Positions 10,401 through 17,038 of a stretch of DNA of 32,000 bases are shown here, piece by piece (position 1 is the first letter of the stretch; each line of letters opens with the position of its first letter). Position numbers and translations under genes: made by a program. Origin of the DNA: Actinospica durhamensis (GTDB taxonomy: Bacteria; Actinomycetota; Actinomycetes; Streptomycetales; Catenulisporaceae); NCBI RefSeq assembly GCF_018139695.1, contig NZ_JAGSOG010000033.1, positions 1 to 32,000 of the forward strand. Reading direction: 5' to 3'. Under the pieces are notes generated by a model that saw only the letters and a list, made by a program, of their open reading frames with translations, was not told the DNA's origin and ran no database searches.

Positions 10401-13400
10401 ACGGCATGCTGGCGCAGTACAGGGCCGTCGCCGAGACCGTGGCGTTCCACCCGCCCGCGCTGCCGTTGGTCAGCAGCCTGACCGGGGTCTCGGCCGCGCC
10501 GGGCGAGCTGGAGCAGGCCGAGTACTGGGTGCGGCAGGTGCGCCACGCCGTACGGTTCGGCGACAGCGTCGCGACGCTCCACCAGGAGGGTGTGAACATC
10601 TTCCTGGAGCTCGGCCCGCAGCCGGTGCTCTCCGGCATGGGTGCGGCGTGCCTGGCCGACGAGACCGGGCTGGCCTGGGTTGCGTCGCTGCAGGCGGGCA
10701 AGGACGGCTCCTCCGTCCTGCAGCGCGGCCTCGCCGACCTGCACGTGCTGGACGCGCCGATCGACTGGCGCGGCTGGTTCGCGCCGTTCGGCGCCGCGAT
10801 GGTGGAGCTGCCGACCTACGCCTTCCAGCGCGAGCGGTTCTGGTTCGATCCGCCGGCCCCGCGCTCGGTCGGCGCGGGCCTCGACGACACCGACCACCCG
10901 CTGCTCGGCGGCCTGGTCCGGATCGCCGGGACCGACTTGACGGTGTTCACCACCGTCGTGGCCTCCGACGAGCCGGCCTGGGTGCAGGACCACCAGATCA
11001 TGGGCACCGTCCTGATGCCGGGCACCGCGTACCTCGAGGCCATGCGTGCCGCCGGCGACGCCAGTGCGCCCGGCGACTGGGACGTGGCCGACGTCGGCTT
11101 CCTCTTCCCGATGGTGCTCACCAAGGGCACGTCCGCCCGGCTCCAGGTGACGGTGGGTCAGGAGTCCGACGGAGGCCGTGCGGTCCAGGTCTACAGCGCG
11201 CCCGACCGCGAGGACGGCGAGTGGCAGCTGCACGCCGAGGGCCGGATCGTGCCCGCGCAGCCCGGCCCGGGCGTCACGGTGACGCTGCCGCCGGCCGGGG
11301 CCGAGCGCCTCGACGTGTCCGCGCTGTACTCCGATCTGGACGAGCTCGGCTACGAATTCGGCCCGTTGTTCCAGGGCATCAAGGAGGCCTGGCAGGTCGA
11401 CGGGATGGTCTGGGCCCGCGCGGCCCTGCCCGAGGACAGCACGCACACCGCCGGCGACTACGTGCTGCACCCGGCCCTGATGGACTCGGCGATGCAGACC
11501 CTGCTGTTCAGCATGCGGCTGCAGAACACCGACCCCGACGACGTGCTCGTGCCGTACGAGGCGCAGCGCATGTCGATGCGGCGCAGGGGCCTGTCGGAGG
11601 TCTGGGTCCGCGTCGCGCGGTTCGAACTCGGCGAGGGCGAGTTCCGCGCGTCCCTGGACTTCTTCGACCCGGCCGGCGAGAACATCGGCGGGCTGCACGA
11701 GATGCACGCGCGGCGGGTGGACCGGGCGGTGCTGCGCCGGCTGGCCGCGGCCGGAGTGGACCGGTTCCAGTTCGAGGTCGACTGGAAGCCGGTCGGCACC
11801 GACAAGGTCGAGATCGGCGGCTCCTGGGGCCTGCTGTCCCCGGCCGGCGACGTGGCCTGGGGGCGCGAGGTCAAGACCGCCCTGAGCCGGGCCGGGGTCC
11901 AGGCGTTCAAGGTCCGCGACCTCGAGGAGGCGCAGGACCTGGACGGCGTGCTCTGCCTGTGGGATGCCGCAGACCCGACCCGGGCACTCGAGCTGGCCGG
12001 CAAGGCGCTCGCCCAGCTGCACGAGGCGGCCGAGTCCGGATTCGTACCGCCGCTGGTCTGGCTGACCCGCGGCGCGGTGGGCACCGACGCCGACGACATG
12101 GCCTCCGGGCTCGCGTCCGCGCCGCTGTGGGGCCTGATGCGCACCGCCCGCAGCGAGAATCCGGACCTGGCACTGCGTCTGATCGACCTCGGCGACGAGG
12201 AGCCCGACCTGCAGGCGCTCGCTCCGGCACTGATGCTGGCCGCGGAACCCGAATGCGCCCTGCGCCACGGCCAGGCGCTCGTCCCGCACCTGCAACGGGC
12301 CGGCGCCGGCGGCGAGCTGACGCTCCCGGCGGAGGGCCGCTGGCAGCTGGAGATCGCCGCCAAGGGCCGTCTGGACCAGCCGTTGACCGTCCGCAGAGTC
12401 ACGCCGAAGCCCCTGGCCGCCGGGGACATCCGGGCCGAGGTGAAGGCCACCGGCGTGAACTTCCTCGACGTGCTCAACGCGCTGGGGATGGTGGAGCTGC
12501 CGGTGTTCGGCATGGAGTTCGCCGGCGTCGTCACCGAGGTCGGCTCCGGGGTCAAGGACCTGAAGGTCGGCGATCCGGTGCTGGGCCTGGGCCAGGGCTC
12601 GTTCGCCTCCGAGGTGTCCACGGACGCGCGCTGGGTGGTGCGCATCCCGGACAACCTGAGCTTCGAGGAGGCCGCCACCATCCCGATGACGTTCCTGTCG
12701 GCGTGGTTCGGCCTGCACGAGCTGGGCGCGCTGCGGCCGGGTGAGCGGGTGCTGATCCACGCGGCCGCGGGCGGCGTCGGCATGGCGGCCGTGCAACTCG
12801 CGCAGCTGCACGGGGCCGAGGTGTACGGCACCGCCAGCGAGCCGAAGTGGGCGGCGCTGCGCGAACTCGGGCTCGACGACGACCACATCGCCTCGTCCCG
12901 GGACCTGGGCTTCGTCGAGTCCTTCGGCCGCACCGCGCCCGGACGCGGCTTCGACGTCGTGCTCAACTCGCTGGCCGACGAGTTCATCGACGCGGGCCTC
13001 GGGATGCTGGCCGCCGGCGGCCGCTTCCTGGAACTCGGCAAGATCGACCTGCGCGAGCAGGCCTGGGTGGACGAGAACCACCCGGGGGTGAAGTACCGGG
13101 TCTACCACCTGCTCGAGGCGGACCCCGACCTCATGCACACGATGCTGGTGTCCCTGGCCGAGCTGCTCGGGGCCGGCAAGCTCAAGCCGCTGCCGCTGCG
13201 CACCTTCCCGATCACGGCCACCTCCGACGCCCTGCGCTTCATGGCCCAGGCGCGGCACGTGGGCAAGGTGGTGCTGGTTCCCACGGAGCACAAGGAGTTC
13301 ATCCGGCCGGAAGGGGCCGTGCTGATCACCGGCGGCCTCGGCGCACTCGGCCGGCACGTCGCCATCTGGCTCGCGACCACGCACGGGGTCCGCGACTTCG

Positions 13401-15631
13401 TGCTCACCTCGCGCCGCGGCCCGGACGCCGCCGACGCCGAGGTGCTGGTGGCCGTCCTCGGCGCGCTCGGCGCCACCGCGACGGTGGTCGCCGCCGACGC
13501 GGCCGACGGGGACAGCATGAAGTCGGTGCTTTCGCTCTTCGACGCGGACCGTCCGCTGCGCGGCGTGGTCCATGCCGCGGGCGTGCTCGACGACGGCGCC
13601 CTCTCGGCTCTGACACCGGAACGGCTCGCGACCGTGTTCCTGCCCAAGGTGGACGGCGCCTGGCACCTGCACCGCCTGACGCAGGATCTGGACCTGGACT
13701 TCTTCCTGCTGTTCTCCTCGATCTCCAACGTGCTCGGCGCACCGGGCCAGGGCAACTACGCGGCCGCCAACGCGTTCCTCGACACGCTCGCGCACCTGCG
13801 CCGGGCCCAGGGCCTGCCGGCCACCTCGGTGGCATGGGGCCCGTGGGACGGCGACGGCATGGCCGCCGGACTCAGCGAGCGCGACCAGGTCCGGATCGCC
13901 CGTACGGGCCTTGACGGAATCTCCGCGGACGAAGGCCTGGAACTGCTCGAGGCGGCGGTGCGCAGCGGCCGCGCGTTGACGGTGGCGGCCGCGCTGGATC
14001 TCGGCCGCATCCAGACCTACTACGTGGAGCAGGGAGGCGTGCCGCCGCTGTTGCGCTCGCTGCTGAGCTCCCACTCCGGTGAGAACAGCCAGCGCGCCAA
14101 GGGCGACGGCGGCGCCGGACTGCGCCGGCTGTTGGGCCAGACCACGCCCGAGGAGCAGGTGAACGTCGTCCTCGACCTGGTCCGGGGCGGGGTGGCCAAG
14201 ACCCTGGGCTTCGCCTCGCTCTCCGACGTGGACGTGAACCTGCCGCTGCAGGACATCGGCATCGACTCGCTGACCGCCGTCCTGATGCGCAATCAGCTCG
14301 CGGACATGACCGGCCTTGCGCTGCCGGCCAAGATCGCCTTCGACCACCCGGACCTGACGTCGCTGTCCCAGTTCCTGCTGGCGAAGCTGCAGGAGCGCGG
14401 CCTCGACGCACCGGTCGAGGCGTCCGCCGACACGGGCGGGAGCCCGGCCGAGCCGGCCAACGCGGCCGGCCTGGACATGGCGCCGGTACGCAAGGGCTAC
14501 CTCGACCCGCAGCTGCGCTTCGACAACGCCCGCGACACCCTGGACCGTCCGGAGTCGGTGTTCCTGACCGGCGCCACCGGCTTCGTCGGCGCATTCCTGC
14601 TGCGCGAACTGCTCGAGGCCGGCATATCAGCGCACTGTCTGGTCCGGGCACCCGATCCGGAGGCGGCGACGCAGCGACTGGTCACCGCCCTGTCGAGCTA
14701 TGGGATGTGGGACGAGCGCTACGCGTCGCTGCTGCACCCGGTGGTGGGCGATCTGTCCCAGCCCCTGTTCGGACTGTCGCAGGAGACGTTCGACCAGCTC
14801 GCCGACGAGGTCGACGCCGTCTGCCACTCCGGCGCCCTGGTCGACTGGATGCGGCCGCTGAACGAGTACATCGGCCCCAACGTGATCGGCGTACACGAGG
14901 CACTGCGGCTGGCGTCGCAGGGCCGTGGCAAGGCGGTGCACGTCATGTCCACCTTCGGCACGCTGCCCCGATACCTGGGCTTCGAGGTCAAGCCGGACGA
15001 GGCGGAGTACGGCTACGTCACCTCCAAGTGGATGGCCGAGCAGATGGTGATCGCGGCGCGCTGGCGCGGCGCCAAGGCCTCGGTGTACCGGCTGCCGTTC
15101 GTGGGCCCGTCCGCGGGCACCGGCCACTTCCGGCTCGACCGCGGCGACTTCCTGCACAACCTGATCGTCGGCTGCATGGCCATGGGCAGCTACCCGACCA
15201 CGAACGCGAGCATGGCGGCCGTCCTGCCGGTGGACTACCTGTGCCGGACCGTCGCGGCGGTGCTGACCGAGGAGCGCGAGCACATCGGCCGGGACTACGA
15301 CTTCGTCAACGCCGAGGCGCCGAGCTTCAACGCCTTCTTCGAACTGGTCGCCGCGGCCGCGGGCGAGGGGGAACTGGTGCCGTTCGACGCGTGGAAGCGG
15401 CGCGCGCTGGACTACGCGGCCGCGCATCCGACCAGCGCGATGGCCCGCATCGGCGCGCTGGTGGACGGCCTGACGCCGGACAACCTGACGCTCACGTTCG
15501 GCGCCGGCCTCACCGGCGAGCACGTGTTCGGCGGCGCCGACCACCCCGCCCCGCGGCTCGGGGAGCAGTTCGCGGCGATGTACGTGGACCGCATCACCGC
15601 CGCCGAGACGTCCGCGGCCGTCACGGCCTGA
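3557..15631 (+). CDS. single-module hybrid NRPS-PKS megasynthase: F, C-relic, A(Gly)/nMT, T, KS, AT, DH, ER, KR, ACP, R
   Basis: One continuous frame carries all domain signatures (see the domain features below). The track start (GTG 3416) lies inside the putative promoter, and codons 3449-3556 are only about 50% G/C at position 3 by my count. G/C at position 3 rises after 3557. TTG 3557 is preceded by GGGAGA (3545-3550) and immediately begins the Rossmann strand PALNFILIGD. The start is therefore approximate (3557 or CTG 3566). The stop is TGA 15629-15631. Confidence 0.93.
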   Translation: MPALNFILIGDTGALARCGEILMEKGHRIRVVISGDAEVRSWAVKAGIPSCELDDALVLAPRLECDLLLSVGNHAIVPAALLACAKRMSVNYHYGPLPEYAGLNAPSWAVAHREREYAVTWHRIGELVDGGDILKRIPVAVEPGETALSLGLKCDEAAVGSLAALIDEIAEDRVTGVSQDLAARRYFSRHTQLPAEGLIDWTIGADDIVALVRATDHGPFDSPLVWPKVDLNGHILAVRAAHPGAASPGTSAGEVLACDDASGLQVATASGTVHLTRLCTLEGAPVAVSALTTGMSVRPGLILAAPGDALRTAITEAGTAASKAAGYWRERLAGDAHPFRLPFTPPVSSGAQQRVTARYRIPGGVPALLGALGTFLGRASMTENLVLAVAAPRDGVDAAYRDLFAAWLPLRAAFDPARTVAENLQAVAEEFRLGQEKAWLRRDFIGRDATLRNLWESGDLTPDVAVSWPGATAGASTSAEGTGALGPALELALREDGETVEFLFDAQRIARQDVVRLAGQLSDWCDRLPALVEEPLASVDVLAGPERMSLIDAFNATGDDAALGHRLHELFEQAAESHAGDVAVICAETQLTYRELNADANRVAHALIARGIGRGDLVGLALDRSLDLVVSLLAVLKTGAAYVPIDPAFPAGRIRQMVDSADPKVILTPAVTPVNLAFWAALCLPIDDARTQAEAGTDNPGVQVDADDLAYVIYTSGSTGAPKGVEISHGALCNFLLSMRRQPGCAETDRLLAVTTISFDIAALELFLPLLSGATVVIAQAHETIDAGALLALMRRHALTMMQGTPATWQLLLDSGWHGDPRLATILCGGEALPRQLADRLLDCGDAVWNMYGPTETTVWSSVWHVADGDVVIGTPIANTQLYVLDANLMPVPAGFPGELCIGGAGVARGYHGDAEQTGSRFVANPFHPGSLYRTGDVARFVAPDALSVLGRNDGQVKLRGHRIELGDIEAALASHEEIARAVVIGRDEQLVAYCVRGGAPSAVPDEPAQRAAPAEWAGAWDRAYESEADDAAFNLAGWHNSYDGLPFSAAEMREWQRGSVNRILSYAPRNVFEIGSGSGLMMFGIAPHCAAYHAVDASARAVDSTRQHLGSLPHVTCEHRPAHDLPDVAEGAFDTVIVNSVAQYFPNAAYLTSVLAWATRAVTEGRVFLGDIRDLSLLRMFHADVIDFRAGGDIEPDELARRADQAVAAERELTLAPAYFAELPSVFPQITRVEIALRDGHHINEMTRYRYDVTLHIGGSADVATSGAEHSWPTRQLDLAALRDLVAAEADGGPLRIDDIPNGRLGDVHSRVAAALGHPAEPPASWVDPRDLTALADEAGVRLALVPASSGDPWAFDALFWQPGQTPDLSPRQSATAVDRAAPHQPAYTNVPAVGEQARTPLGRVLRPWLAERLPAYMVPAFFVELDQFPLTPNGKIDRAALPDPVAEFEATAKPATELERDILAVWSEVLGHDHIGVNQNFFEIGGNSLRVVRVQTQLEKLLGRPVSAAKLFEHFTVKALAAHLAGAATTRKAPIPARRRSVDEPIAIVGMACRLPGEVTSPEEFWELLERGVDGIVEVPPDRWDAAAIYDPDPEARGKSISSRGGFVTPIDLFDAPFFGISPREARAMDPLQRLMLETTWEAFERAGYTLEELRGSQTGAFVGVGKSAGYREYGITTGGSIADLDGYVGPGSAGATASGRLSHVFGLEGPTMTVDTACSSSLVTTHLAANALRNGECDLAVSGGATLMLTSNMHVEFSRLRGMSPDGLCRSFSADNDGTGWSEGVAVVILKRLSDAQRDGDPVLAVLRGTAVNHDGHAASLTTPSGPAQQQVIRAALGASGLQPEDIDYLEAHGTATRLGDPIEGTALGEVFGGSHPAEPLWVGSVKSNLGHTQAAAGLAGVMKIVLGLQHHLIPRTLHVSEPSPAVDWAGANMALVQQAQPWPPKDRPRRGGVSSFGIGGTNAHIIVEEPPAPVEADKPAAPLPPTLPFLVSGFTDTALRQQAEALHQHLGMNIQDRLVDVAYSLAATRSHFRKRLVLMARDKADLLDKLGSYARSGEVPADAVRTGDRSEDPRLALLFTGQGSQWSGMGKDVYATYPVFRAAVDEIAAHFTELDRPLLDVMWADDSEDAALLHRTDFTQPALFTLEVALWRLWHSWGVRPDLLAGHSIGELAAAHVAGVFDLADACRLVGARGRLMQALPSRGAMASLEATGPEAEAALEELGLAGKVDLAGLNTPTQTVVSGDADAVQALVAHFAAHDRRVKELTVSHAFHSHHMDGMLAQYRAVAETVAFHPPALPLVSSLTGVSAAPGELEQAEYWVRQVRHAVRFGDSVATLHQEGVNIFLELGPQPVLSGMGAACLADETGLAWVASLQAGKDGSSVLQRGLADLHVLDAPIDWRGWFAPFGAAMVELPTYAFQRERFWFDPPAPRSVGAGLDDTDHPLLGGLVRIAGTDLTVFTTVVASDEPAWVQDHQIMGTVLMPGTAYLEAMRAAGDASAPGDWDVADVGFLFPMVLTKGTSARLQVTVGQESDGGRAVQVYSAPDREDGEWQLHAEGRIVPAQPGPGVTVTLPPAGAERLDVSALYSDLDELGYEFGPLFQGIKEAWQVDGMVWARAALPEDSTHTAGDYVLHPALMDSAMQTLLFSMRLQNTDPDDVLVPYEAQRMSMRRRGLSEVWVRVARFELGEGEFRASLDFFDPAGENIGGLHEMHARRVDRAVLRRLAAAGVDRFQFEVDWKPVGTDKVEIGGSWGLLSPAGDVAWGREVKTALSRAGVQAFKVRDLEEAQDLDGVLCLWDAADPTRALELAGKALAQLHEAAESGFVPPLVWLTRGAVGTDADDMASGLASAPLWGLMRTARSENPDLALRLIDLGDEEPDLQALAPALMLAAEPECALRHGQALVPHLQRAGAGGELTLPAEGRWQLEIAAKGRLDQPLTVRRVTPKPLAAGDIRAEVKATGVNFLDVLNALGMVELPVFGMEFAGVVTEVGSGVKDLKVGDPVLGLGQGSFASEVSTDARWVVRIPDNLSFEEAATIPMTFLSAWFGLHELGALRPGERVLIHAAAGGVGMAAVQLAQLHGAEVYGTASEPKWAALRELGLDDDHIASSRDLGFVESFGRTAPGRGFDVVLNSLADEFIDAGLGMLAAGGRFLELGKIDLREQAWVDENHPGVKYRVYHLLEADPDLMHTMLVSLAELLGAGKLKPLPLRTFPITATSDALRFMAQARHVGKVVLVPTEHKEFIRPEGAVLITGGLGALGRHVAIWLATTHGVRDFVLTSRRGPDAADAEVLVAVLGALGATATVVAADAADGDSMKSVLSLFDADRPLRGVVHAAGVLDDGALSALTPERLATVFLPKVDGAWHLHRLTQDLDLDFFLLFSSISNVLGAPGQGNYAAANAFLDTLAHLRRAQGLPATSVAWGPWDGDGMAAGLSERDQVRIARTGLDGISADEGLELLEAAVRSGRALTVAAALDLGRIQTYYVEQGGVPPLLRSLLSSHSGENSQRAKGDGGAGLRRLLGQTTPEEQVNVVLDLVRGGVAKTLGFASLSDVDVNLPLQDIGIDSLTAVLMRNQLADMTGLALPAKIAFDHPDLTSLSQFLLAKLQERGLDAPVEASADTGGSPAEPANAAGLDMAPVRKGYLDPQLRFDNARDTLDRPESVFLTGATGFVGAFLLRELLEAGISAHCLVRAPDPEAATQRLVTALSSYGMWDERYASLLHPVVGDLSQPLFGLSQETFDQLADEVDAVCHSGALVDWMRPLNEYIGPNVIGVHEALRLASQGRGKAVHVMSTFGTLPRYLGFEVKPDEAEYGYVTSKWMAEQMVIAARWRGAKASVYRLPFVGPSAGTGHFRLDRGDFLHNLIVGCMAMGSYPTTNASMAAVLPVDYLCRTVAAVLTEEREHIGRDYDFVNAEAPSFNAFFELVAAAAGEGELVPFDAWKRRALDYAAAHPTSAMARIGALVDGLTPDNLTLTFGAGLTGEHVFGGADHPAPRLGEQFAAMYVDRITAAETSAAVTA
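4535..5180 (+). other. condensation-domain relic (C-terminal lobe only, no HHxxxDG)
   Basis: YWRERLAGDAHPFRLPF and LFAAWLPLRAAFDPARTVAENLQAVAEEF resemble the segments that follow core C3 (C4/C5 region) in NRPS C domains. No HHxxxDG or N-terminal lobe motifs are visible anywhere upstream. Confidence 0.55.
5185..7890 (+). other. adenylation domain, predicted glycine-specific, interrupted by a methyltransferase
   Basis: Core motifs: LTYRELN, LKTGAAYVPIDP, LAYVIYTSGSTGAPKG, FDIAALE, NMYGPTETT, GELCIGGAGVARGY, YRTGD, GRNDGQVKLRGHRIELGDIE, LPAYMVP, PNGKIDR. My hand-extracted Stachelhaus positions give D-I-L-Q-L-G-M-V-W-K, which matches the glycine code DILQLG(L/M)(I/V)WK. Confidence 0.85.
6600..7650 (+). 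other. embedded SAM-dependent N-methyltransferase domain (between A8 and A9)
   Basis: VFEIGSGSG (SAM motif I), DTVIVNSVAQYFPNAAYL, INEMTRYRYDVTL and IPNGRLGDV form the signature set of NRPS N-MT domains. Confidence 0.8.
7930..8140 (+). other. peptidyl carrier protein (T) domain
   Basis: FFEIGGNSL, with the phosphopantetheinyl Ser codon at 8024-8026. Confidence 0.9.
8200..9480 (+). other. ketosynthase (KS) domain, catalytically complete
   Basis: EPIAIVGMACRLPG, DTACSSSLV (Cys codon 8717-8719), EAHGTATRLGDPIE, GSVKSNLGHTQAAAG, GGTNAHIIVEE. Confidence 0.93.
9790..10640 (+). other. acyltransferase (AT) domain, malonyl-CoA-type
   Basis: FTGQGSQWSGMG, GHSIGELAAAH (Ser codon 10070-10072) and the HAFH motif (VSHAFHSHHM). 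HAFH is the accepted malonyl signature, whereas methylmalonyl AT domains have YASH. Confidence 0.85.
10893..11760 (+). other. dehydratase (DH) domain
   Basis: HPLLGG, HQIMGTVLMPG (HxxxGxxxxP), LGYEFGPLFQG (GYxYGPxF) and HPALMDSAMQ (DxxxQ) are all intact. Confidence 0.85.
12334..13283 (+). other. enoylreductase (ER) domain
   Basis: MDR fold: GVNFLDVLNALGM and LIHAAAGGVGMAAVQLAQLHGAEVYGTAS (NADPH site), ending HVGKVVLVP. Confidence 0.85.
13319..13870 (+). other. ketoreductase (KR) catalytic subdomain, B-type (LDD)
   Basis: VLITGGLGALGRH (NADPH), HAAGVLDDG (LDD motif), SSISNVLGAPGQGNYAAANAFLD (Ser/Tyr/Asn). The putative structural subdomain lies between DH and ER (about 11760-12330). Confidence 0.85.
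14150..14395 (+). other. acyl carrier protein (ACP) domain
   Basis: LQDIGIDSLTAVLMRNQL, with the Ser codon at 14267-14269. Confidence 0.9.
14558..15600 (+). other. terminal thioester reductase (R/TD) domain
   Basis: VFLTGATGFVGAFLLRELL (TGxxGxxG) and YGYVTSKW (YxxxK) on an SDR fold of about 350 aa at the C-terminus. No TE domain is present. Confidence 0.88.
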
Positions 15632-15706
15632 CCCACAGCGCACCACCGGACGGAGCCGGCCGGCGACGGGCGGCTCCGGCCCCGAACACCAGGAGGATGG
15701 AACGGT

Positions 15707-17026
15707 ATGAGTGCTCAGTCCGAGCTGAAGCAGGCGAACGAGCCCGTCATGACGGGCACCTATCAGAAGAGCGGCACCTTCCTGCACTCCTCCGCCGGTG
15801 CGCACGCCGAGAAGCTGATGCCCGTCCTGGAGAAGTATCCGGTGAGCCAGGAGGAGGTGGACTCGCGGCTGCCGCCCAAGCGCGTGCTGAACCCGAGCTG
15901 CTTCCACCCCGAGGAGACCCCGACCGTCGTCGAGCAGATGAACCTCGACGACGACCTCGCCGAGAACCTGGCCCGGCAGCTGCGGTGCCAGGCCGTGATC
16001 CAGGAGAGCTTCGCCGCGGCGTCGATCGGCAACTACTTCCCGCTCTCGACGATGTTCGAGAACTGCGTGCTGTTCATCCCGTCGGCCAAGCGCTTCTACG
16101 ACCTCAACCAGGAGATCGTCCACAAGCACTTCCCCGAGGTGGAGACCGCGGTGGTCAACGCCTTCGTGGTCACCGCCAACAAGCGCTCCTACGGCACCCA
16201 CTCCGCCAGCGGCATCGCGTTGCAGATCCCGTCCCTGGTGAAGAAGCGGCTGGGCTTCCCGACCGAGTACCGCAGCTTCCACACCGCGCTCACCCCGACG
16301 CCGCTGGACCGCCAGCCGTTCGTGATCTTCGAGGATGCCGAGGAGGAGGCCCCCAACCTCCAGTACGCGTACGAGAAGATCCTGGAGTGCGGCGTGGACA
16401 AGGAGGAGAAGGCCGCCGTCGACAAGGCCCTGTACCTCTTCCTCGAAGGCAAGCTCTCCGAGATCGACCTGCCCACCGTGCGGGACTTCATGATGGCGAA
16501 GTACTGGGAGAAGCGTTACGCCGACACTCCGTCCCCCGGCTACTACTGCGACTCGCGGGTCGGCGACGCCCTCGTGTTCGACAACTACCGGGCGCACGGC
16601 GACTGCACCCTGCCCGGCTCGCCGAACGACCGGCTGACCATCGACTTCCGCTGCTTCAACAAGGTGCACTACCCGGCCGGCATGTCCGGCGGCCTCGACT
16701 TCATCGTCGACCCGGACGAGCGCGACTACCAGATCAAGCGCAAGCGGGACTCGATCGAGTTCCTGCTCCTGACGCTGGGCTACGAGAGTATCGACGAGTT
16801 CCTGCGGCTGGTGTTCGGCGCGCGCGGCACGGACGAGATCAACCCGTTCGAGCTCATGACCGACCTGCAGTTCGGCGTCTACAACAAGTCCAGGTACCAC
16901 CTGCTGGACCAGAACCTCGACGACCACTACGAGCGGGTGGAACGGCTCTACGCGCGGATCGAGCAGACCGGCGAGTACATCCTGCCGCAGAGCGCGAAGC
17001 AGCGTCTCGAGGCGCTTGCGCAGTAG
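15707..17026 (+). CDS. orphan 439-aa protein; possible PhyH-like non-heme Fe(II)/2-oxoglutarate-fold enzyme (function unassigned)
   Basis: AGGAGG (15691-15696) lies 10 nt upstream of the ATG, and third-position G/C is very high, so it is clearly coding. It sits 75 nt after the megasynthase stop and 12 nt before the MFS gene. GDALVFDNYRAHGDCTLPGSPNDRLTIDFR resembles the distal His/Arg strand of PhyH-type oxygenases and halogenases. No canonical HxD/E was identified. The confidence value refers to the gene being real, not to its function. Confidence 0.75.
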   Translation: MSAQSELKQANEPVMTGTYQKSGTFLHSSAGAHAEKLMPVLEKYPVSQEEVDSRLPPKRVLNPSCFHPEETPTVVEQMNLDDDLAENLARQLRCQAVIQESFAAASIGNYFPLSTMFENCVLFIPSAKRFYDLNQEIVHKHFPEVETAVVNAFVVTANKRSYGTHSASGIALQIPSLVKKRLGFPTEYRSFHTALTPTPLDRQPFVIFEDAEEEAPNLQYAYEKILECGVDKEEKAAVDKALYLFLEGKLSEIDLPTVRDFMMAKYWEKRYADTPSPGYYCDSRVGDALVFDNYRAHGDCTLPGSPNDRLTIDFRCFNKVHYPAGMSGGLDFIVDPDERDYQIKRKRDSIEFLLLTLGYESIDEFLRLVFGARGTDEINPFELMTDLQFGVYNKSRYHLLDQNLDDHYERVERLYARIEQTGEYILPQSAKQRLEALAQ

Positions 17027-17038
17027 AGAACAACAGCC

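Noticed and set aside
3755-14347. Very long antisense ORFs inside the megasynthase gene (3755-6484, 6635-9322 and 9335-14347, all minus strand) and the +2-frame ORF at 7618-12744
   Set aside because: These are shadow ORFs typical of DNA with >70% GC. Their translations are low-complexity Arg/Gly/Pro/Ala strings with no motifs. The overlapping + frame carries an unbroken series of NRPS/PKS catalytic signatures.
3557-15631. Interpretation as a formylglycine-to-oxazole starter pathway (oxazolomycin/conglobatin-type)
   Set aside because: No PP-loop cyclodehydratase gene is present in the window. The embedded N-MT would block oxazole formation, and the full KR-DH-ER loop removes the ketone needed for cyclodehydration.
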